In this document: piece after piece, positions 39,308 through 50,093 of the stretch
How positions within the stretch are numbered: position 1 is the stretch's first letter
Layout: each line of letters begins with the position of its first letter
From: Eubacteriales bacterium
GTDB taxonomy: Bacteria; Bacillota; Clostridia; Oscillospirales; CAG-272
DNA: 64,000 nucleotides
Assembly (NCBI GenBank): GCA_045542275.1
Contig: JAZQKP010000004.1
Span: 6,391-70,390 of the forward strand
Direction: 5' to 3'
Position numbers and translations under genes: made by a program
The notes under the pieces: model-generated
Told to the model about the DNA's origin: nothing
Database searches by the model: none
Seen by the model: the letters and a program-made list of their open reading frames with translations, nothing else

Positions 39308-40969
39308 ATGATTAAAGAAAAAATAGTTGACGGAGCTCATAACGCCCCTCACCGTTCACTCTATAAGGCGCTTGGCCTTACAAGAGAGGAGCTGGACCGT
39401 CCTCTTATCGGTATTGTCAGCTCTTATAACGAGATAGTTCCGGGACATATGAACCTCGATAAAATAACAGAGGCAGTTAAGCTTGGCGTTGCTATGGCAG
39501 GGGGAACACCTATTATGTTCCCTGCCATCGCCGTATGCGACGGTATCGCTATGGGACATGTGGGCATGAAATACTCCCTTGTTACCCGTGACCTTATTGC
39601 AGACTCCACAGAGGCTATGGTAATGGCTCACGGCTTTGACGGTCTTGTTATGATACCTAACTGTGATAAAAACGTGCCCGGTCTTCTTATGGCTGCTGCA
39701 AGACTTAATATTCCTACCGTTTTTGTAAGCGGAGGACCTATGCTTGCAGGCAGAGTAGACGGCAAAAAGCGAAGCCTTTCCGCTATGTTTGAGGCGGTAG
39801 GCTCCTACAAGGCAGGCACTATTGACGAGTGTAAGCTTTGCGAATACGAAAATAAGGCGTGTCCTACCTGTGGCTCCTGCTCAGGTATGTATACAGCCAA
39901 CTCTATGAACTGTCTTACCGAGGTTCTCGGTATGGGACTTGGCGGTAACGGTACTATCCCCGCAGTTTACTCTGCAAGAATAGAGCTTGCCAAGCATGCA
40001 GGTATGCAGGTTATGGAGCTTGTAAGAAAGAATATTTGCCCTAAGGATATTATGACAAAGGCAGCTATCAAGAATGCTATTACAGCAGATATGGCACTTG
40101 GCTGCTCCACCAACAGTATGCTTCATTTGCCGGCTATCGCAAATGAATGCGGTGTGGAATTTGACCTTGACGATGTAAACAGAATAAGTGAGGTAACTCC
40201 TAACCTTTGTCACCTTGCCCCCGCAGGTCCTACATATATGGAGGATCTTAACGAGGCCGGCGGTGTATATGCAGTTCTTAAGGAGCTTGATAAGCTTGGT
40301 CTTATTGACACCTCAGTTATGACCTGCACAGGTAAGACAATGGCTGAAAACATTGAGGGCGCTTATAACAGAGACACAGAAACTATAAGAACAGTAGAGA
40401 ACCCCTACAGTAAGACAGGCGGTATTGCCGTGCTTAAGGGTAATCTTGCACCCGACGGCTGCGTAGTAAAGAGAAGTGCAGTTGCTCCCGAAATGCTTAT
40501 TCACGAGGGACCTGCAAAGGTCTACGAAAGCGAGGAGGAGGCTATCAGCGCAATCTATGAAGGCAAAATAGTTAAGGGTGATGTTGTGGTTATTCGCTAT
40601 GAGGGCCCTGCAGGTGGCCCGGGTATGAGAGAAATGCTTTCTCCCACCTCTGCAATTGCAGGTATGGGACTTGATAAGGACGTTGCTTTGATTACAGACG
40701 GACGCTTCTCAGGTGCAACCCGTGGCGCATCAATCGGTCACGTTTCCCCCGAGGCTGTAAGCGGCGGTATTATCGCTTACGTTAAGGACGGAGATATTAT
40801 TTCTATCAATATTCCCGAATATAAAATTGAGCTTAAGGTTTCAGATGAGGAAATCGAAAAGCGTAAAGCAGAAATGCCCATTAAGAAAAAGGAAAACATC
40901 AAGGGCTACTTAAAGCGCTATGCCGCTATGGTAAGCTCTGCAGATAAGGGCGCAATTATAAACAGATAA
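39308..40969 (+). CDS. ilvD: dihydroxy-acid dehydratase
   Basis: [28 protein letters not shown]. Confidence 0.97.
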   Translation: MIKEKIVDGAHNAPHRSLYKALGLTREELDRPLIGIVSSYNEIVPGHMNLDKITEAVKLGVAMAGGTPIMFPAIAVCDGIAMGHVGMKYSLVTRDLIADSTEAMVMAHGFDGLVMIPNCDKNVPGLLMAAARLNIPTVFVSGGPMLAGRVDGKKRSLSAMFEAVGSYKAGTIDECKLCEYENKACPTCGSCSGMYTANSMNCLTEVLGMGLGGNGTIPAVYSARIELAKHAGMQVMELVRKNICPKDIMTKAAIKNAITADMALGCSTNSMLHLPAIANECGVEFDLDDVNRISEVTPNLCHLAPAGPTYMEDLNEAGGVYAVLKELDKLGLIDTSVMTCTGKTMAENIEGAYNRDTETIRTVENPYSKTGGIAVLKGNLAPDGCVVKRSAVAPEMLIHEGPAKVYESEEEAISAIYEGKIVKGDVVVIRYEGPAGGPGMREMLSPTSAIAGMGLDKDVALITDGRFSGATRGASIGHVSPEAVSGGIIAYVKDGDIISINIPEYKIELKVSDEEIEKRKAEMPIKKKENIKGYLKRYAAMVSSADKGAIINR

Positions 40970-40989
40970 GTGGAAAGGAAGCTGGAATT

Positions 40990-42264
40990 ATGTCAATGAC
41001 AATGACACAGAAGATTCTTGCGGCACACGCAGGACTTGACAAGGTTGAGGCAGGTCAGCTCATTCTTGTTGATGTGGACAGAGTTCTCGGTAACGACATT
41101 ACCTCTCCCGTTGCTATACGTGAATATGAGCGTATCGGCGCTAAGGGAGTTTACGACCGTGAAAAGGTAACAATGGTTATGGACCACTTTGCACCTAATA
41201 AGGATATAAAGGCGGCAGTTCAGTGTAAAATGTGCCGTGATTTCTGTGAAAAGGAGCAGATTACCAACTTTTACGATGTTGGCAGAATGGGTATTGAGCA
41301 TGCGCTCTTACCCGAAAAGGGTCTTGTTATTCCCGGAGACGTGGTTATCGGTGCTGATTCTCACACCTGTACATACGGCGCAATCGGAGCATTCTCCACA
41401 GGCGTAGGCTCAACAGATATGGCTTGCGGTATGGCAACAGGCAAGGCGTGGTTCAAGGTTCCCTCCGCTATTAAGTTTGTTTTAAAGGGCAAGCTTAATA
41501 AATACGTTTCCGGTAAGGACGTTATTCTTCACATTATCGGTATGATAGGTGTTGACGGCGCACTTTACAAGTCTATGGAATTTACAGGCGAGGGCATAAA
41601 GGAGCTTACAGTATTTGACCGTCTTACAATTTCAAATATGGCAATTGAGGCAGGCGCTAAGAACGGTATATTTGAGGTTGATGAGCAGACTGAGGCTTAC
41701 ATAAAGGAGCGCTCCGACAGAGAATACAAGATTTATAAGGCAGACGAGGATGCAGAGTATGACGAGGTTTACGAAATAGACCTTTCAGCTATCAAGTCTA
41801 CCGTTGCATTCCCCCACCTCCCCGAAAACACACGCACTATTGATGAGGTAGGCGAGGTTAAGATTGACCAGGTAGTTATCGGCTCCTGTACAAACGGTCA
41901 TTATAAGGACCTTGCCGAGGCTGCCGAAATTATCAAGGGCAAGAAGGTAGCTAAGAATGTACGTGCTATTATCATTCCCGCAACACAGGACATTTACCTT
42001 AAGGCTATGGAAAACGGCTTGCTTAAAGCATTTATCGAGGCAGGCTGCGTAGTTTCCACACCTACCTGTGGACCTTGCCTTGGTGGATATATGGGTATCC
42101 TTGCAGCAGGTGAGAGAGCAGTAGCCACCACCAACAGAAACTTTGTTGGCAGAATGGGTGATGTTACATCTGAGGTATATCTTGCCAGCCCTGCAGTTGC
42201 AGCTGCCAGCGCTATTGCAGGTAAGATTGCAGACCCCTGCGAAATTATGAAGGAGGATAAGTAA
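40990..42264 (+). CDS. leuC: 3-isopropylmalate dehydratase large subunit
   Basis: GADSHT, GSCTNG, CGPCLG, TTNRNF. Confidence 0.95.
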   Translation: MSMTMTQKILAAHAGLDKVEAGQLILVDVDRVLGNDITSPVAIREYERIGAKGVYDREKVTMVMDHFAPNKDIKAAVQCKMCRDFCEKEQITNFYDVGRMGIEHALLPEKGLVIPGDVVIGADSHTCTYGAIGAFSTGVGSTDMACGMATGKAWFKVPSAIKFVLKGKLNKYVSGKDVILHIIGMIGVDGALYKSMEFTGEGIKELTVFDRLTISNMAIEAGAKNGIFEVDEQTEAYIKERSDREYKIYKADEDAEYDEVYEIDLSAIKSTVAFPHLPENTRTIDEVGEVKIDQVVIGSCTNGHYKDLAEAAEIIKGKKVAKNVRAIIIPATQDIYLKAMENGLLKAFIEAGCVVSTPTCGPCLGGYMGILAAGERAVATTNRNFVGRMGDVTSEVYLASPAVAAASAIAGKIADPCEIMKEDK

Positions 42265-42265
42265 G

Positions 42266-42760
42266 ATGATATTTAACGGTAAAGCCATCAAGTACGGTGA
42301 TAACGTTGATACAGACGTAATTATCCCCGCAAGATATCTTAATACCATTGATAAGAGGGAGCTTGCCTCCCACTGTATGGAGGATATTGATAAGGATTTT
42401 GTAAAAAAGGTTAGTGCAGGCGACATTATGATTGCAGGCAATAACTTTGGCTGCGGCTCCTCAAGAGAGCATGCGCCTATTGCTATTAAGGAAAGCGGTA
42501 TTTCCCTGGTAATAGCAAAGAGCTTTGCAAGAATCTTTTACCGTAACTCCATTAATATCGGTCTTGCTATTCTTGAATGTCCCGAGGCTGCTGAGCGCAT
42601 TTCAGAGGGCGACATGGTAGAGGCAGATCTTGACAAGGGTATTATTTACAACAGAACAACAGGAGAAAGCTTTGAAACAAAGCCTTTCCCCGAATTTATC
42701 CAGAAAATTATTACAAACGGCGGACTTGTTGAGTCGATTCGCCGTGGTGACATAAAATAA
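42266..42760 (+). CDS. leuD: 3-isopropylmalate dehydratase small subunit
   Basis: [22 protein letters not shown]. Confidence 0.95.
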   Translation: MIFNGKAIKYGDNVDTDVIIPARYLNTIDKRELASHCMEDIDKDFVKKVSAGDIMIAGNNFGCGSSREHAPIAIKESGISLVIAKSFARIFYRNSINIGLAILECPEAAERISEGDMVEADLDKGIIYNRTTGESFETKPFPEFIQKIITNGGLVESIRRGDIK

Positions 42761-42771
42761 GAGGCTCTTTT

Positions 42772-43839
42772 ATGAATTACAATATTGCACTTTTAAAGGG
42801 TGACGGTATCGGTCCCGAAATCGTTGACAGCGCAGTACGTGTGCTTGAGGTGATTGGCAAAAAATACGGACATACCTTTAATTTCACACCTTATGATATA
42901 GGTGGCATATCTATTGATAAGCACGGAATGCCACTTACTAAGGAGACTGTTGACGGCTGTCTTGCATCTGACAGTGTGCTTCTTGGCGCAGTAGGTGGAC
43001 CGAAATGGGACACTCTCCCCGGCAACATGCGTCCCGAGAAGGCTCTTCTCGGCATTCGTGCCGCTATGAACCTCTTTACAAATTTAAGACCTGCCAAGCT
43101 TTATCCTGCATTAAAGGGCGAATGCCCCTTGAGAGAGGATATCGTTGCACAGGGCTTTGATATTATGATTGTAAGAGAGCTTACAGGCGGTATATACTTT
43201 GGCGAAAGAGGAATGAGAGAGGGCAAGTACGGTGAGGAGGCATACGATACAGAATGCTACAGCCGTATGGAAATTGAAAGAATTGCAAGGGTAGCCTTTG
43301 AAACAGCACGCAAGCGTAATAAGAAGCTTGTCAGCATTGATAAGGCAAACGTTCTTGATACATCAAGACTCTGGAGAAAAATTGTACACGAGATATCAGC
43401 TGAGTATCCCGATGTAGAATGTACAGATATGCTTGTTGACAACGCTGCAATGCAGCTTGTAAGAAACCCTGCACAGTTTGACGTTATTGTAACATCAAAT
43501 ATGTTCGGTGATATTCTTTCCGATGAGGCATCTCAGATTACAGGCTCTATCGGTATGCTTCCCTCAGCATCTCTTAACGAAACAACAAGAGGACTTTATG
43601 AGCCTATTCACGGCTCAGCCCCCGATATTGCGGGACAGAATAAGGCAAATCCTATTGCCACAATTTTGTCAGCAGGTATGATGCTTCTTTATTCCTTCGG
43701 TCTTTCAAAGGAATATAATAATATTGTAGAGGCAGTGGATAAGGTCCTTGAGGCAGGCTATCGCACAGCAGACCTTTCTCACGGTGCCCCCTACCTTTCA
43801 ACAACAGAAATAACAGACAAGATTATTGAAAATATTTAA
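42772..43839 (+). CDS. leuB: 3-isopropylmalate dehydrogenase
   Basis: [35 protein letters not shown]. Confidence 0.97.
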   Translation: MNYNIALLKGDGIGPEIVDSAVRVLEVIGKKYGHTFNFTPYDIGGISIDKHGMPLTKETVDGCLASDSVLLGAVGGPKWDTLPGNMRPEKALLGIRAAMNLFTNLRPAKLYPALKGECPLREDIVAQGFDIMIVRELTGGIYFGERGMREGKYGEEAYDTECYSRMEIERIARVAFETARKRNKKLVSIDKANVLDTSRLWRKIVHEISAEYPDVECTDMLVDNAAMQLVRNPAQFDVIVTSNMFGDILSDEASQITGSIGMLPSASLNETTRGLYEPIHGSAPDIAGQNKANPIATILSAGMMLLYSFGLSKEYNNIVEAVDKVLEAGYRTADLSHGAPYLSTTEITDKIIENI

Positions 43840-43842
43840 GAT

Positions 43843-45024
43843 ATGGAAAACAACAGACTGAAAAAGCTTTATTTTCGACTTTGCATGACAAGTATTTTTC
43901 ATAACGTACTTAAAAATCCTGTATTTTCTGCCTTTGAAGCTTATGCTAAAAGCGAAAGCACAGAGGAAAAGCTGAAGGCGTATTCCTCAATGGTTACAGC
44001 CATTTATGAAAATGGCGGTACCCTTGACGGATATTTAAGAAAGGCGATTTTTGAGGACGAAAATATTTATGTCAAGCAAAGAGCAAGGAAGATAGCTATT
44101 GATAAGAAAATGGAGAAGGCGGTGACAACAGAGCTTGATACCTTTTCGGAATTTACAGCTCTTTCTGCCGAAGACTTCAAAAACGATTTGGGTATTGATT
44201 TGTCTATTCCCGAGTTTAACTCAAGGGAGCTTGATTTAAATGTGCTTTACCACAAGAGAATAGAGGAGATTGATAAGTACGGCTATGGCGTATTTTCCTC
44301 ATCTCCTATGTTTCGCCTTTCAGACTCTATGGAGATAGAGCCTGTTGTCAGTGCTGACAAAATTTCACTGGAGAAGTTTATCGGCTACAAGGAGGAAAGA
44401 CAAAGGGTTATCGACAATACAGAAGCATTTTTGCAGGGCAGACCTGCTGCCAACGTGCTTCTTTGCGGTGATGCCGGCACAGGCAAGTCCTCTACTGTCA
44501 AGGCGGTGGCAAATGAATTTTTCAATAAAGGCATAAGGCTTATTGAGCTTCGTAAGGATCAGCTTTCCGCTTTGCCCTATGTTATGGGAAAAATCAGCGA
44601 AAACCCTCTTAAGTTTATAATCTTTATTGATGACCTTTCCTTTAACAAAAACGATGATAATTTCAGTATGCTTAAGGCAGCCCTTGAGGGCTCTGCATCT
44701 GCCAAGGCAGAGAATGCAGTAATTTACGCCACAAGCAACAGACGTCACATCGTTAAGGAAAGCTTTCAGGACAGAGAGGGCAGCGATATTCACAGAAACG
44801 ATACCATTCAGGAAACCCTTTCCTTATCAGAGCGCTTTGGACTTACAGTACTGTTTTCCAAGCCCGACAAGAAGCTGTATCTTGAAATCATACATGAGCT
44901 TGCCGAAAGAAGCAATATCAAATGCGATTATGCTAAGCTTGATATTGATGCAGAGGCATTTGCTTTGCGCAGGGGATATCGCAGCGCAAGATGTGCCGAG
45001 CAGTTTATTAACAGTCTTTTGTAA
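43843..45024 (+). CDS. DUF815-family AAA+ ATPase
   Basis: GDAGTGKSS, FIDDLSF, YATSNRRH, SLSERFG. Confidence 0.85.
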   Translation: MENNRLKKLYFRLCMTSIFHNVLKNPVFSAFEAYAKSESTEEKLKAYSSMVTAIYENGGTLDGYLRKAIFEDENIYVKQRARKIAIDKKMEKAVTTELDTFSEFTALSAEDFKNDLGIDLSIPEFNSRELDLNVLYHKRIEEIDKYGYGVFSSSPMFRLSDSMEIEPVVSADKISLEKFIGYKEERQRVIDNTEAFLQGRPAANVLLCGDAGTGKSSTVKAVANEFFNKGIRLIELRKDQLSALPYVMGKISENPLKFIIFIDDLSFNKNDDNFSMLKAALEGSASAKAENAVIYATSNRRHIVKESFQDREGSDIHRNDTIQETLSLSERFGLTVLFSKPDKKLYLEIIHELAERSNIKCDYAKLDIDAEAFALRRGYRSARCAEQFINSLL

Positions 45025-45058
45025 TTGACAAATACTATTTTGCAGAAAAGAGGATATT

Positions 45059-46252
45059 ATGCTTACACTTGATAATGTTTACCGTGCAAGCTACGTGCTT
45101 AAAAACGTAATCAGAAAAACTGACGTAATATATGCCCCCAAGCTTAAAAAGGGAGCAGAGCTTTACTTAAAGACCGAGAATCTTCAGATTACCGGCTCCT
45201 TTAAGGTAAGAGGCTCATACTATAAAATGTCCACTCTCACAGAGGAGGAAAAATCAAGAGGTGTTATCGCCTGCTCAGCGGGAAATCACGCACAGGGTGT
45301 GGCTCTTTCCGCTCAGAAGAACGGAATAAAGGCAGTAATCTGTCTTCCCGACGGTGCGCCTATCTCCAAGGTAGAGGCTACAAAAAGCTACGGTGCAGAG
45401 GTGTGTCTTGTAGAGGGCGTTTATGACGATGCATACAAAAAGGCGCTCAGCCTCCGTGACGAAAAGGGTTATACATTTATTCACCCCTTTGACGATGAGG
45501 ACGTCATTGCAGGACAGGGTACAATCGCCCTTGAGGTTGCAGAGCAGATTCCCGACCTTGACGCTATTATTGTTCCCGTAGGCGGAGGCGGACTTATCTC
45601 AGGCATCGCCTACACAATCAAAATGCTTAATCCTAAGATTAAGGTTTACGGCGTACAGGCAGCAGGTGCCCCCTCAATGAAAAACTCCATTAAGGACGGC
45701 AAGATTGAGGAGCTTTCTAACGTATCCACAATCGCCGACGGTATTGCCGTTAAGAAGCCCGGAAGCCTTACATATGAGCTTTGCAGCAAGTACGTTGATG
45801 AAATTGTAACCGTTACAGATGATGAAATTTCTGCAGCTATCCTTGCACTTATGGAGCAGCATAAGCTTGTTACCGAGGGTGCAGGCGCTGTTTCCGTAGC
45901 CGCTGCCATGTTCGGTAAGGTTGATATCGAAAATAAAAAGGCGGTTTGCTTACTTTCCGGCGGTAATATTGACGTTACTATCCTTTCAAGAGTAATCAAG
46001 AGAGGTCTTCTTATGTCAGGCAGAACTGCACAGCTTATGATAGAGCTTGCAGATAAGCCCGGTCAGCTTAAGAACGTATCCCGTATTATTGCAGACCTTG
46101 GCGGTAACGTAATTTCCGTTCACCACGAGAGAGCAAGCGAGGGCTCAGACGTTAACGGCTGCTACTTAAGAATCGTACTTGAAACAAGAAATTATGAGCA
46201 CATAGACCAGATTAAGAAGGCTCTTTGTGACTTTGGCTTTAAGCTTTTATAA
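45059..46252 (+). CDS. ilvA: threonine ammonia-lyase with C-terminal ACT domain
   Basis: ENLQITGSFKVRG, SAGNHAQG, GGGGLI, SGGN, DKPGQL. Confidence 0.93.
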   Translation: MLTLDNVYRASYVLKNVIRKTDVIYAPKLKKGAELYLKTENLQITGSFKVRGSYYKMSTLTEEEKSRGVIACSAGNHAQGVALSAQKNGIKAVICLPDGAPISKVEATKSYGAEVCLVEGVYDDAYKKALSLRDEKGYTFIHPFDDEDVIAGQGTIALEVAEQIPDLDAIIVPVGGGGLISGIAYTIKMLNPKIKVYGVQAAGAPSMKNSIKDGKIEELSNVSTIADGIAVKKPGSLTYELCSKYVDEIVTVTDDEISAAILALMEQHKLVTEGAGAVSVAAAMFGKVDIENKKAVCLLSGGNIDVTILSRVIKRGLLMSGRTAQLMIELADKPGQLKNVSRIIADLGGNVISVHHERASEGSDVNGCYLRIVLETRNYEHIDQIKKALCDFGFKLL

Positions 46253-46261
46253 GGAGAAATT

Positions 46262-46636
46262 ATGATAAAAAAGGTTGCTACAGATAAAGCTCCTGCAGCT
46301 ATCGGCCCATATTCACAGGCTGTTATCTTCGGTGGAGCAATATATACATCAGGACAGATTGCCATAGTTCCCGAAACAGGCAACATTGAGGCTGCCGACG
46401 TTGTAGGCCAGACTGAGCAGGTTATGAAAAATCTCGGCGAGGTTTTGAAGGCTGCAGGCACCTCCTACGATAAGGCAATCAAGACCACATGCTTCCTTGC
46501 CGATATCAAGGACTTTGCACAGTTCAATGAGGTATACGGTAAGTATTTCACCTCAAAGCCCGCACGCAGCTGCGTTGCAGTTAAGGATCTTCCCAAGGGC
46601 GCTTTGGTTGAGGTCGAGGTTATTGCAGAAATCTGA
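46262..46636 (+). CDS. ridA: RidA/YjgF enamine-imine deaminase
   Basis: APAAIGPYSQ, SGQI, PARS (catalytic Arg), LPKG..VEVE. Confidence 0.93.
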   Translation: MIKKVATDKAPAAIGPYSQAVIFGGAIYTSGQIAIVPETGNIEAADVVGQTEQVMKNLGEVLKAAGTSYDKAIKTTCFLADIKDFAQFNEVYGKYFTSKPARSCVAVKDLPKGALVEVEVIAEI

Positions 46637-46644
46637 ATAAGCTG

Positions 46645-46681
46645 ATTCCGCCCCAAACAAGCGGGGCGGAATTGATTTTTT
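46645..46681 (+). terminator. ilv-leu operon terminator
   Basis: ATTCCGCCCC/GGGGCGGAAT stem with T tail. Confidence 0.8.
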
Positions 46682-46722
46682 ACTAACATATTCTTATATT
46701 TATATAAATATTGGAAAACTAC

Positions 46723-46784
46723 TTGACAAATAGCTGAAACAGTATTATAATTTAGTGTATTAAAGTGATAAAGTGCTAAAGCGA
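46723..46784 (+). promoter_or_regulatory. his promoter with overlapping HisR/YerC-type operator
   Basis: Perfect TTGACA-17bp-TATAAT, then TTTA-N6-TAAAGTG and three TAAAGYG repeats at 8-bp period. Confidence 0.75.
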
Positions 46785-46792
46785 GGTAAAAA

Positions 46793-47086
46793 ATGAGTAG
46801 AATACAGAATAAGGATATAGACAGACTCTTTGAGGCTATTCTCACCCTTGAAAGCGTAGAGGAATGCTATAATTTTTTTGAGGACGCTTGCACTGTCAAG
46901 GAGCTTCAGGATATCGCCCAGAGATTAAAGGCAGCCGAGATGCTTAAAAAGGGCGAGAATTATAATGTTGTCAGCAAGGAAACAGGAATGAGTACTGCTA
47001 CTATAAGCAGAGTAAGCAAATGCTTAAGCTATGGTGGTGGTGGCTACCTTACAGTAATTGAAAGACTTGATAAGAAGGGTGAATAA
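46793..47086 (+). CDS. TrpR-like YerC/YecD regulator (probable HisR)
   Basis: FFEDACT..EL...QRL, G.STATISRV...L.YG..GY; first gene of the his operon. Confidence 0.9.
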   Translation: MSRIQNKDIDRLFEAILTLESVEECYNFFEDACTVKELQDIAQRLKAAEMLKKGENYNVVSKETGMSTATISRVSKCLSYGGGGYLTVIERLDKKGE

Positions 47087-47087
47087 C

Positions 47088-48191
47088 GTGATAGAGAGTA
47101 AGCTTTTGAAAAATGAGGAGAAGGCGATTTTCGCACTTCGTGCTCTTTACAGGGGATACGGATATCTTCCTTATAAGATGAGCAAATTTGAGGAATATGA
47201 CCTCTACGTGCGCAACAAGGATTTTCTTGTTAGTGACACGGTTATTACCTTTAATGATACAAACGGTAAGCTTCTTGCATTAAAGCCGGACGTTACCCTT
47301 TCTATAATCAAAAATACAACCGATGAAATCGGCTGTAAGCAAAAGGTATATTACAACGAAAACGTGTACAGAGTATCGGGCAGCACACATCAGTTCAAGG
47401 AGCTTATGCAGACAGGTCTTGAATGTATCGGTGATATTGATATGTACGATATATTTGAGGCAGTATATCTTGCTGCAAAAAGCCTTGATACTATCTCTCC
47501 CGACTTTGTGCTTGATATATCCCATATGGGAGTGCTTTCCGCAGCTCTTGATGAGGTGTGCGACAGCGCAGAATTCAAAAAGGAGATTATTGCCCTCATA
47601 GGTGAGAAAAATCCCCACGAGGCAGAGGCTCTTTGTGAAAGATATTCAATTGATAAAGACGGTAAGGAAAGGGTGTGTGCCTTTGTTAATCTTCACGGCA
47701 ACACAGAAAAGGTTATTTCCAGACTTGAGTCTCTTTGTCAGGGTGAAAAATCAAAAGGAGAGCTTAATAATCTTAAGGAGCTTTGCGCTCTTATTGATAA
47801 GACAGAATATGCAAAAAATGTAAGAATTGATTTTTCCGTTTTAAACGATATGAGCTATTATAACGGCATTGTATTCAAGGGCTTCCTTGAGGGTATTCCC
47901 GAGGGCGTTCTTTCAGGTGGCAGATACGATAAGCTTATGGAAAGAATGGGCAGAAAATCAGGTGCTATCGGCTTTGCCCTTTACCTTGATTTGCTTTATG
48001 AGCTTGAAACGGATAAGAAATCATATGATGTTGACACCCTTGTTTTGTATTCCGATAACACAGATATTGCAAAGGTGTCAGCTAAGGTAAATGAGCTTAA
48101 TTCCATGGGAATATCCGTAACAGCCCAAAAGGCTATCCCCACTAAGCTCAGATACAGAGAGCTTGTAGATCTTACAAAGGAGGGCAGATAA
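47088..48191 (+). CDS. hisZ: ATP phosphoribosyltransferase regulatory subunit
   Basis: LKPDVT, YYNGIVF, GGRYD, AIGFA; precedes the short hisG; GTG start. Confidence 0.9.
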   Translation: MIESKLLKNEEKAIFALRALYRGYGYLPYKMSKFEEYDLYVRNKDFLVSDTVITFNDTNGKLLALKPDVTLSIIKNTTDEIGCKQKVYYNENVYRVSGSTHQFKELMQTGLECIGDIDMYDIFEAVYLAAKSLDTISPDFVLDISHMGVLSAALDEVCDSAEFKKEIIALIGEKNPHEAEALCERYSIDKDGKERVCAFVNLHGNTEKVISRLESLCQGEKSKGELNNLKELCALIDKTEYAKNVRIDFSVLNDMSYYNGIVFKGFLEGIPEGVLSGGRYDKLMERMGRKSGAIGFALYLDLLYELETDKKSYDVDTLVLYSDNTDIAKVSAKVNELNSMGISVTAQKAIPTKLRYRELVDLTKEGR

Positions 48192-48192
48192 T

Positions 48193-48822
48193 ATGATTAA
48201 TGTTGCGCTCCCAAAGGGCAGACTTGGCGAAAAGGTATACGCCATGTTTGAAAATGCAGGGTATGAGTGTCCCGCTATTAAGGAAAACACAAGAAAGCTC
48301 ATATTTGAAAACAAGGAAAAGGGTGTAAGATTTTTCTGGGTAAAGCCCTCTGATGTTTCCATTTACGTTGAAAGAGGCGCAGCCGATATCGGTGTGGCAG
48401 GTAAGGATATTTTGCTTGAATATTCCCCCGATGTATATGAGCTGCTTGATCTTAATATGGGCAAATGCCGAATGGCTGTAGCAGCACAAAACGGCTTTTA
48501 CGATGATAACTCACGCACGCTTAAGGTGGCTACAAAGTTTGTAAATATTGCAAGAAAATTTTACGCATCAAGATGCCGTGATATAGATATTATCAAGCTT
48601 AACGGCTCAATTGAGATTGCCCCTATCTTAGGACTTGCAGATGTTATTGTTGATATTGTGGAAACAGGTACAACCCTTAAGGAAAACGATTTAAGCGTTG
48701 TTGAAACCATAGTTCCAATCAGCGCAAGGCTTATTTCAAACAAGTCAAGCTTTAAATTCAAAACAGAAGAAATTGAAAATATAGTTAAATGTATGAAGGC
48801 TCAGGTGAAGACCGATGATTAG
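48193..48822 (+). CDS. hisG: ATP phosphoribosyltransferase (short form)
   Basis: ALPKGRL, VATKF, GSIEIAP, DIVETGTTL. Confidence 0.96.
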   Translation: MINVALPKGRLGEKVYAMFENAGYECPAIKENTRKLIFENKEKGVRFFWVKPSDVSIYVERGAADIGVAGKDILLEYSPDVYELLDLNMGKCRMAVAAQNGFYDDNSRTLKVATKFVNIARKFYASRCRDIDIIKLNGSIEIAPILGLADVIVDIVETGTTLKENDLSVVETIVPISARLISNKSSFKFKTEEIENIVKCMKAQVKTDD

Positions 48823-50092
48823 GATATACAAGTACGGAGAGGTATCAAATGAGGAAATCTTCTCCCGTGAAAATATAGCCTCTGATGTAGAGGGCGTTGT
48901 TTCTGAAATTATTGCCAATGTTATACTTAATAAGGATAAGGCGCTTTACGAATATTCCCTTAAGTTTGATAAGGCAGCTCTTTCCTCTCTTGAGGTAAGC
49001 GAGGACGAGATTGATGAGGCATTTGCATCTGTAGACGCTGAATTTGTAGAAATTATTAAGGAGGCTGCGGAAAATATCCGTGATTTCCATAAGCATCAGG
49101 TCAGAAACAGCTTTGTAATAAGCGAAAATGATGGAGTAGTTACAGGACAAAAGGTTATGCCTATTGAAAAGGTAGGACTTTACGTGCCCGGTGGCACAGC
49201 TGCATACCCCTCCACAGTTCTTATGGATTCAATTCCTGCTAAGATTGCAGGCTGCAGCCAGATTGTAATGGTAACCCCTCCTATGAAAAACGGCAAGGTT
49301 AACCCTGTAATTCTTGCAGCAGCTAAGATTGCGGGAGTTGACAGAATATTCAAGGTTGGTGGCGCACAGGCAATTGCAGCCTTAGCCTACGGAACAGAAA
49401 CTGTTCCCAAGGTTGATAAGATTGTAGGCCCCGGTAACGCTTACGTAGCCGAAGCGAAGAAGCAGGTATTCGGCAAGGTAAATATTGATATGATTGCCGG
49501 CCCCTCAGAAATTCTTGTGGTAGCCGATAAAACCTGTAGCCCCGCATACGTGGCTGCCGATTTACTCTCTCAGGCAGAGCATGACAGAATGGCAAGTGCA
49601 GTTTTGGTAACCGACAGCTATGAGCTTGCAGAGGCTGTAAGCGATGAAATAGAGAAGCAGATTCCTATGCTTCCGAGAGCTGATATTGCAAGATGCTCCA
49701 TTGATAATAACGGCAAGATAATCGTTAGCGAAAATAATCTTATGCTTGCAATTGATATTGCAAACGAGATAGCTCCCGAGCATCTTGAAATCTGTGTTGA
49801 TAACCCCTTTGATTATCTTGACAAGATAAAGCACGCAGGCTCAATCTTTATGGGCAAGTACTGTCCCGAGGCGCTTGGCGACTACTTTGCAGGGCCTAAT
49901 CACACACTCCCCACAAGTGGCACAGCAAGATTTTCAAGCCCACTTTCCGTTGACGATTTCGTGAAGAAATCTCAGTTTACCTATTACACAAAGGACGCAC
50001 TTTCAAAAGTAGCAGACAAGATTTCCTACTTTGCAAAGAAGGAAGGACTCCACGCCCACGCAAAGAGTGCAACTATTCGTTTCGAGGACTGA
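48815..50092 (+). CDS. hisD: histidinol dehydrogenase
   Basis: YVPGG, GPGNAYV, DMIAGPSE, QAEHD, APEHLE, GPNHTLPT. Confidence 0.97.
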   Translation: MIRIYKYGEVSNEEIFSRENIASDVEGVVSEIIANVILNKDKALYEYSLKFDKAALSSLEVSEDEIDEAFASVDAEFVEIIKEAAENIRDFHKHQVRNSFVISENDGVVTGQKVMPIEKVGLYVPGGTAAYPSTVLMDSIPAKIAGCSQIVMVTPPMKNGKVNPVILAAAKIAGVDRIFKVGGAQAIAALAYGTETVPKVDKIVGPGNAYVAEAKKQVFGKVNIDMIAGPSEILVVADKTCSPAYVAADLLSQAEHDRMASAVLVTDSYELAEAVSDEIEKQIPMLPRADIARCSIDNNGKIIVSENNLMLAIDIANEIAPEHLEICVDNPFDYLDKIKHAGSIFMGKYCPEALGDYFAGPNHTLPTSGTARFSSPLSVDDFVKKSQFTYYTKDALSKVADKISYFAKKEGLHAHAKSATIRFED

Positions 50093-50093
50093 T

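Noticed and set aside
45059-46636. ilvA-ridA coupling as a novelty
   Set aside because: Known logic: RidA removes IlvA-derived enamines that damage IlvE
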